Positions 62,522 to 64,000 of a stretch of 64,000 nucleotides of DNA are shown one piece after another (the stretch's first letter is position 1; each line of letters opens with the position of its first letter). The stretch comes from Blasia pusilla. Taxonomy: Eukaryota. Location: positions 36,456,001 to 36,520,000 of the forward strand of contig CM114271.1 of assembly GCA_050084515.1 (NCBI GenBank), in the 5' to 3' direction. Made by a program: the position numbers and the translations under genes. A model generated the notes under the pieces. It did no database searches. It was not told the origin of the DNA and saw only the letters and a list, made by a program, of their open reading frames with translations.

Positions 62522-63988
62522 CGGCGGATACTGCCATACAATGGGTGTAGTATCCAAAGGGGATAACCCAACTGGACCAGAAGTAGGAGTCCTCCGTGGG
62601 GCCTCCTCTTCCTCGTGAGGTATAACAGCCTCACACCAAGCCTCCTGCACTAGGCGATCAGCCTCCTGTCGTAGTGCACCGCCTGAACTCCAAAGTGGCA
62701 CATCCAACGATGAGGATGCCACTGCTGCAAAACTAGGGACCTCCTCTACCTCCTCATGCACAGGAGAATCCATAGCAGAAAGATTACCCTCCAAAAAGTC
62801 TCCTGGCCAAGTGACTACTCCACTAAAACCAGCCACAGATGCTAACACCGTTGGGGAAGACCCTCCTAGTCGAGCCCCATAAATAAATCTCACAGGAACG
62901 TGGCTCATACGTCCATCCCTAGACTTCCAACCAGGTCTATAAGACGCTGTCTCAGTCCAGTAGTCCATCTGAAAACCCATAGGGTACAATATTGCTCCTC
63001 CAACTAGTACATCATACGACTCGGCTGATGTGACCACTACACCTGCTCCCAACCGGGAGCTATCAGTCGCATGATCTGGTCTCAACTGTACAAACAACTT
63101 CTCCCATGTCATGAATTGAGATCTATCATTGGCTCCTGCAAGTGATGTTTGAATCTGTAATGGGCAAGGCTCAAGCTCTGACCTCCGAATACCCAAACCA
63201 ATACATGCCGCCTTTCCCAACATCAAAGGTTGAGCACCAGAGTCTAACAAGACTCTATCTGGTCTATACACATGTCCTGTAGGACTCACCAATCGGAATA
63301 TCCCACTCCGATTGTCCAACATACATACACCAGGTATAAGCCTCTCACAATCAATGGCTGGTCGGACTGGTAATGCATCCATCTTTGCCGTTGCTGCGTG
63401 CCAAGTAGCACTGGTACTCAATACTACATCTGACATAGAGGGTCGCTCCACAGCAACACCCTCATCCACCTCAGCACGTGTAGCAGTAACACCCCCAAGT
63501 TCACACAACGTGGCTGCTAGCTGAAATATAGCAGCTAAGTCAACTCCTAAAGCCATCAGCTTCGTGGCCGAAAACAATGGGGATCCCAACACTGAAGTTT
63601 CCATCCGCAATACTGCACTGGATGCTGCATCCGTGTCTACTACACGCGATGTAGATGCCTCAGTCCCCATTGTCGGCTCAATAGGTTGCGTAGGAACCAT
63701 GGATGGAGTCCTAAGCATCTCAGACAACAAGAATGGCTGGGGAAGCCTAGCCTGCCTCCCAGCCTCACCCCTATGTGGGTCCAACTCCACAGTAGCACAA
63801 CGTGGCTCTGACGCTTGAGTGGCTCCTCTTGTAATTGCAGCTGATGCCTCAACCTGTGCTGCACTTGCCATATAAGAGAGATCATCCCCTCCATAAGAGG
63901 TGGAAGCCCCTGCTCCTGAACCTGATCTATGCTGGATACCAGCCATAGTAGCCACCTTCTGCTCCAACTGCTCAATCCTGGCAGCCAT
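62231..63988 (-). CDS. Open polyprotein segment: gag C-terminal linker, aspartic protease and N-half of DNMT domain
   Basis: 585-aa ORF with RVLLDSGAQP and YDVLVGG (retropepsin motifs), running without interruption into MTase motifs I-IV. Part of a probably defective element. Confidence 0.8.
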   Translation of the reverse strand: MAARIEQLEQKVATMAGIQHRSGSGAGASTSYGGDDLSYMASAAQVEASAAITRGATQASEPRCATVELDPHRGEAGRQARLPQPFLLSEMLRTPSMVPTQPIEPTMGTEASTSRVVDTDAASSAVLRMETSVLGSPLFSATKLMALGVDLAAIFQLAATLCELGGVTATRAEVDEGVAVERPSMSDVVLSTSATWHAATAKMDALPVRPAIDCERLIPGVCMLDNRSGIFRLVSPTGHVYRPDRVLLDSGAQPLMLGKAACIGLGIRRSELEPCPLQIQTSLAGANDRSQFMTWEKLFVQLRPDHATDSSRLGAGVVVTSAESYDVLVGGAILYPMGFQMDYWTETASYRPGWKSRDGRMSHVPVRFIYGARLGGSSPTVLASVAGFSGVVTWPGDFLEGNLSAMDSPVHEEVEEVPSFAAVASSSLDVPLWSSGGALRQEADRLVQEAWCEAVIPHEEEEAPRRTPTSGPVGLSPLDTTPIVWQYPPEGICVLDLFSGISTGLATVLQAGISVRRYVYVEQDETAQRVSSRHIGQWIWRYLELLPPSAIRGYQRALPSHIALLGAPNLERVGPVDLVIAGWPC

Positions 63989-64000
63989 AGTTGACTCTGT

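Larger units (their letters stand above)
58499..64000 (-). mobile_element. Second, diverged copy of the DNMT3/PHD split-repeat Ty3/gypsy element (5' part outside window; integrase core deleted)
   Basis: Minus strand: protease LLDSGAQPLMLG, C5-MTase, RT (CYIDDILVFS), RNase H (FKLHTDWS..., DADGLSR), integrase Zn domain fused to half a PHD, G-tract, then B1 (58975-59081), AT spacer, A2 (58606-58972), and B2 (58499-58605) ending GCACGACA. Confidence 0.92.

Overview
Eukaryotic, TE-rich plant nuclear DNA. It resembles an early-diverging land plant such as a bryophyte, but the species cannot be determined from sequence alone. There are three host genes: an intronless receptor-like kinase with two hevein/CBM18-type chitin-binding repeats and a non-RD kinase (9382-11232, +), and a head-to-head pair of spliced housekeeping genes, ASNSD1-like (39227-45288, -) and a METTL6/Trm140-like tRNA m3C methyltransferase (46415-50812, +). 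Transposon content includes three decayed ZNF862-like hAT transposase copies, a decayed PIF/Pong-Harbinger element, three 5'-truncated CRE-type (RLE) non-LTR fragments, a solo LTR and several tandem repeats. The standout is a Ty3/gypsy-type retrotransposon family present in two diverged copies (18216-27872, +; 58499->64000, -). Its polyprotein is Gag-PR-DNMT3-like C5 methyltransferase-RT-RNaseH-DDE integrase-PHD. Its ends are not ordinary LTRs but split direct repeats (A1-ORFs-B1-A2-B2, as in tyrosine-recombinase PAT/Ngaro elements). The internal B1/A2 junction is a palindromic CA-NN-TG circle-junction motif, there is no recognisable tRNA PBS, and the TSD is 4 bp. This suggests a DDE-integrase retroelement that may integrate from a circular intermediate and carries its own DNA methyltransferase and chromatin reader.
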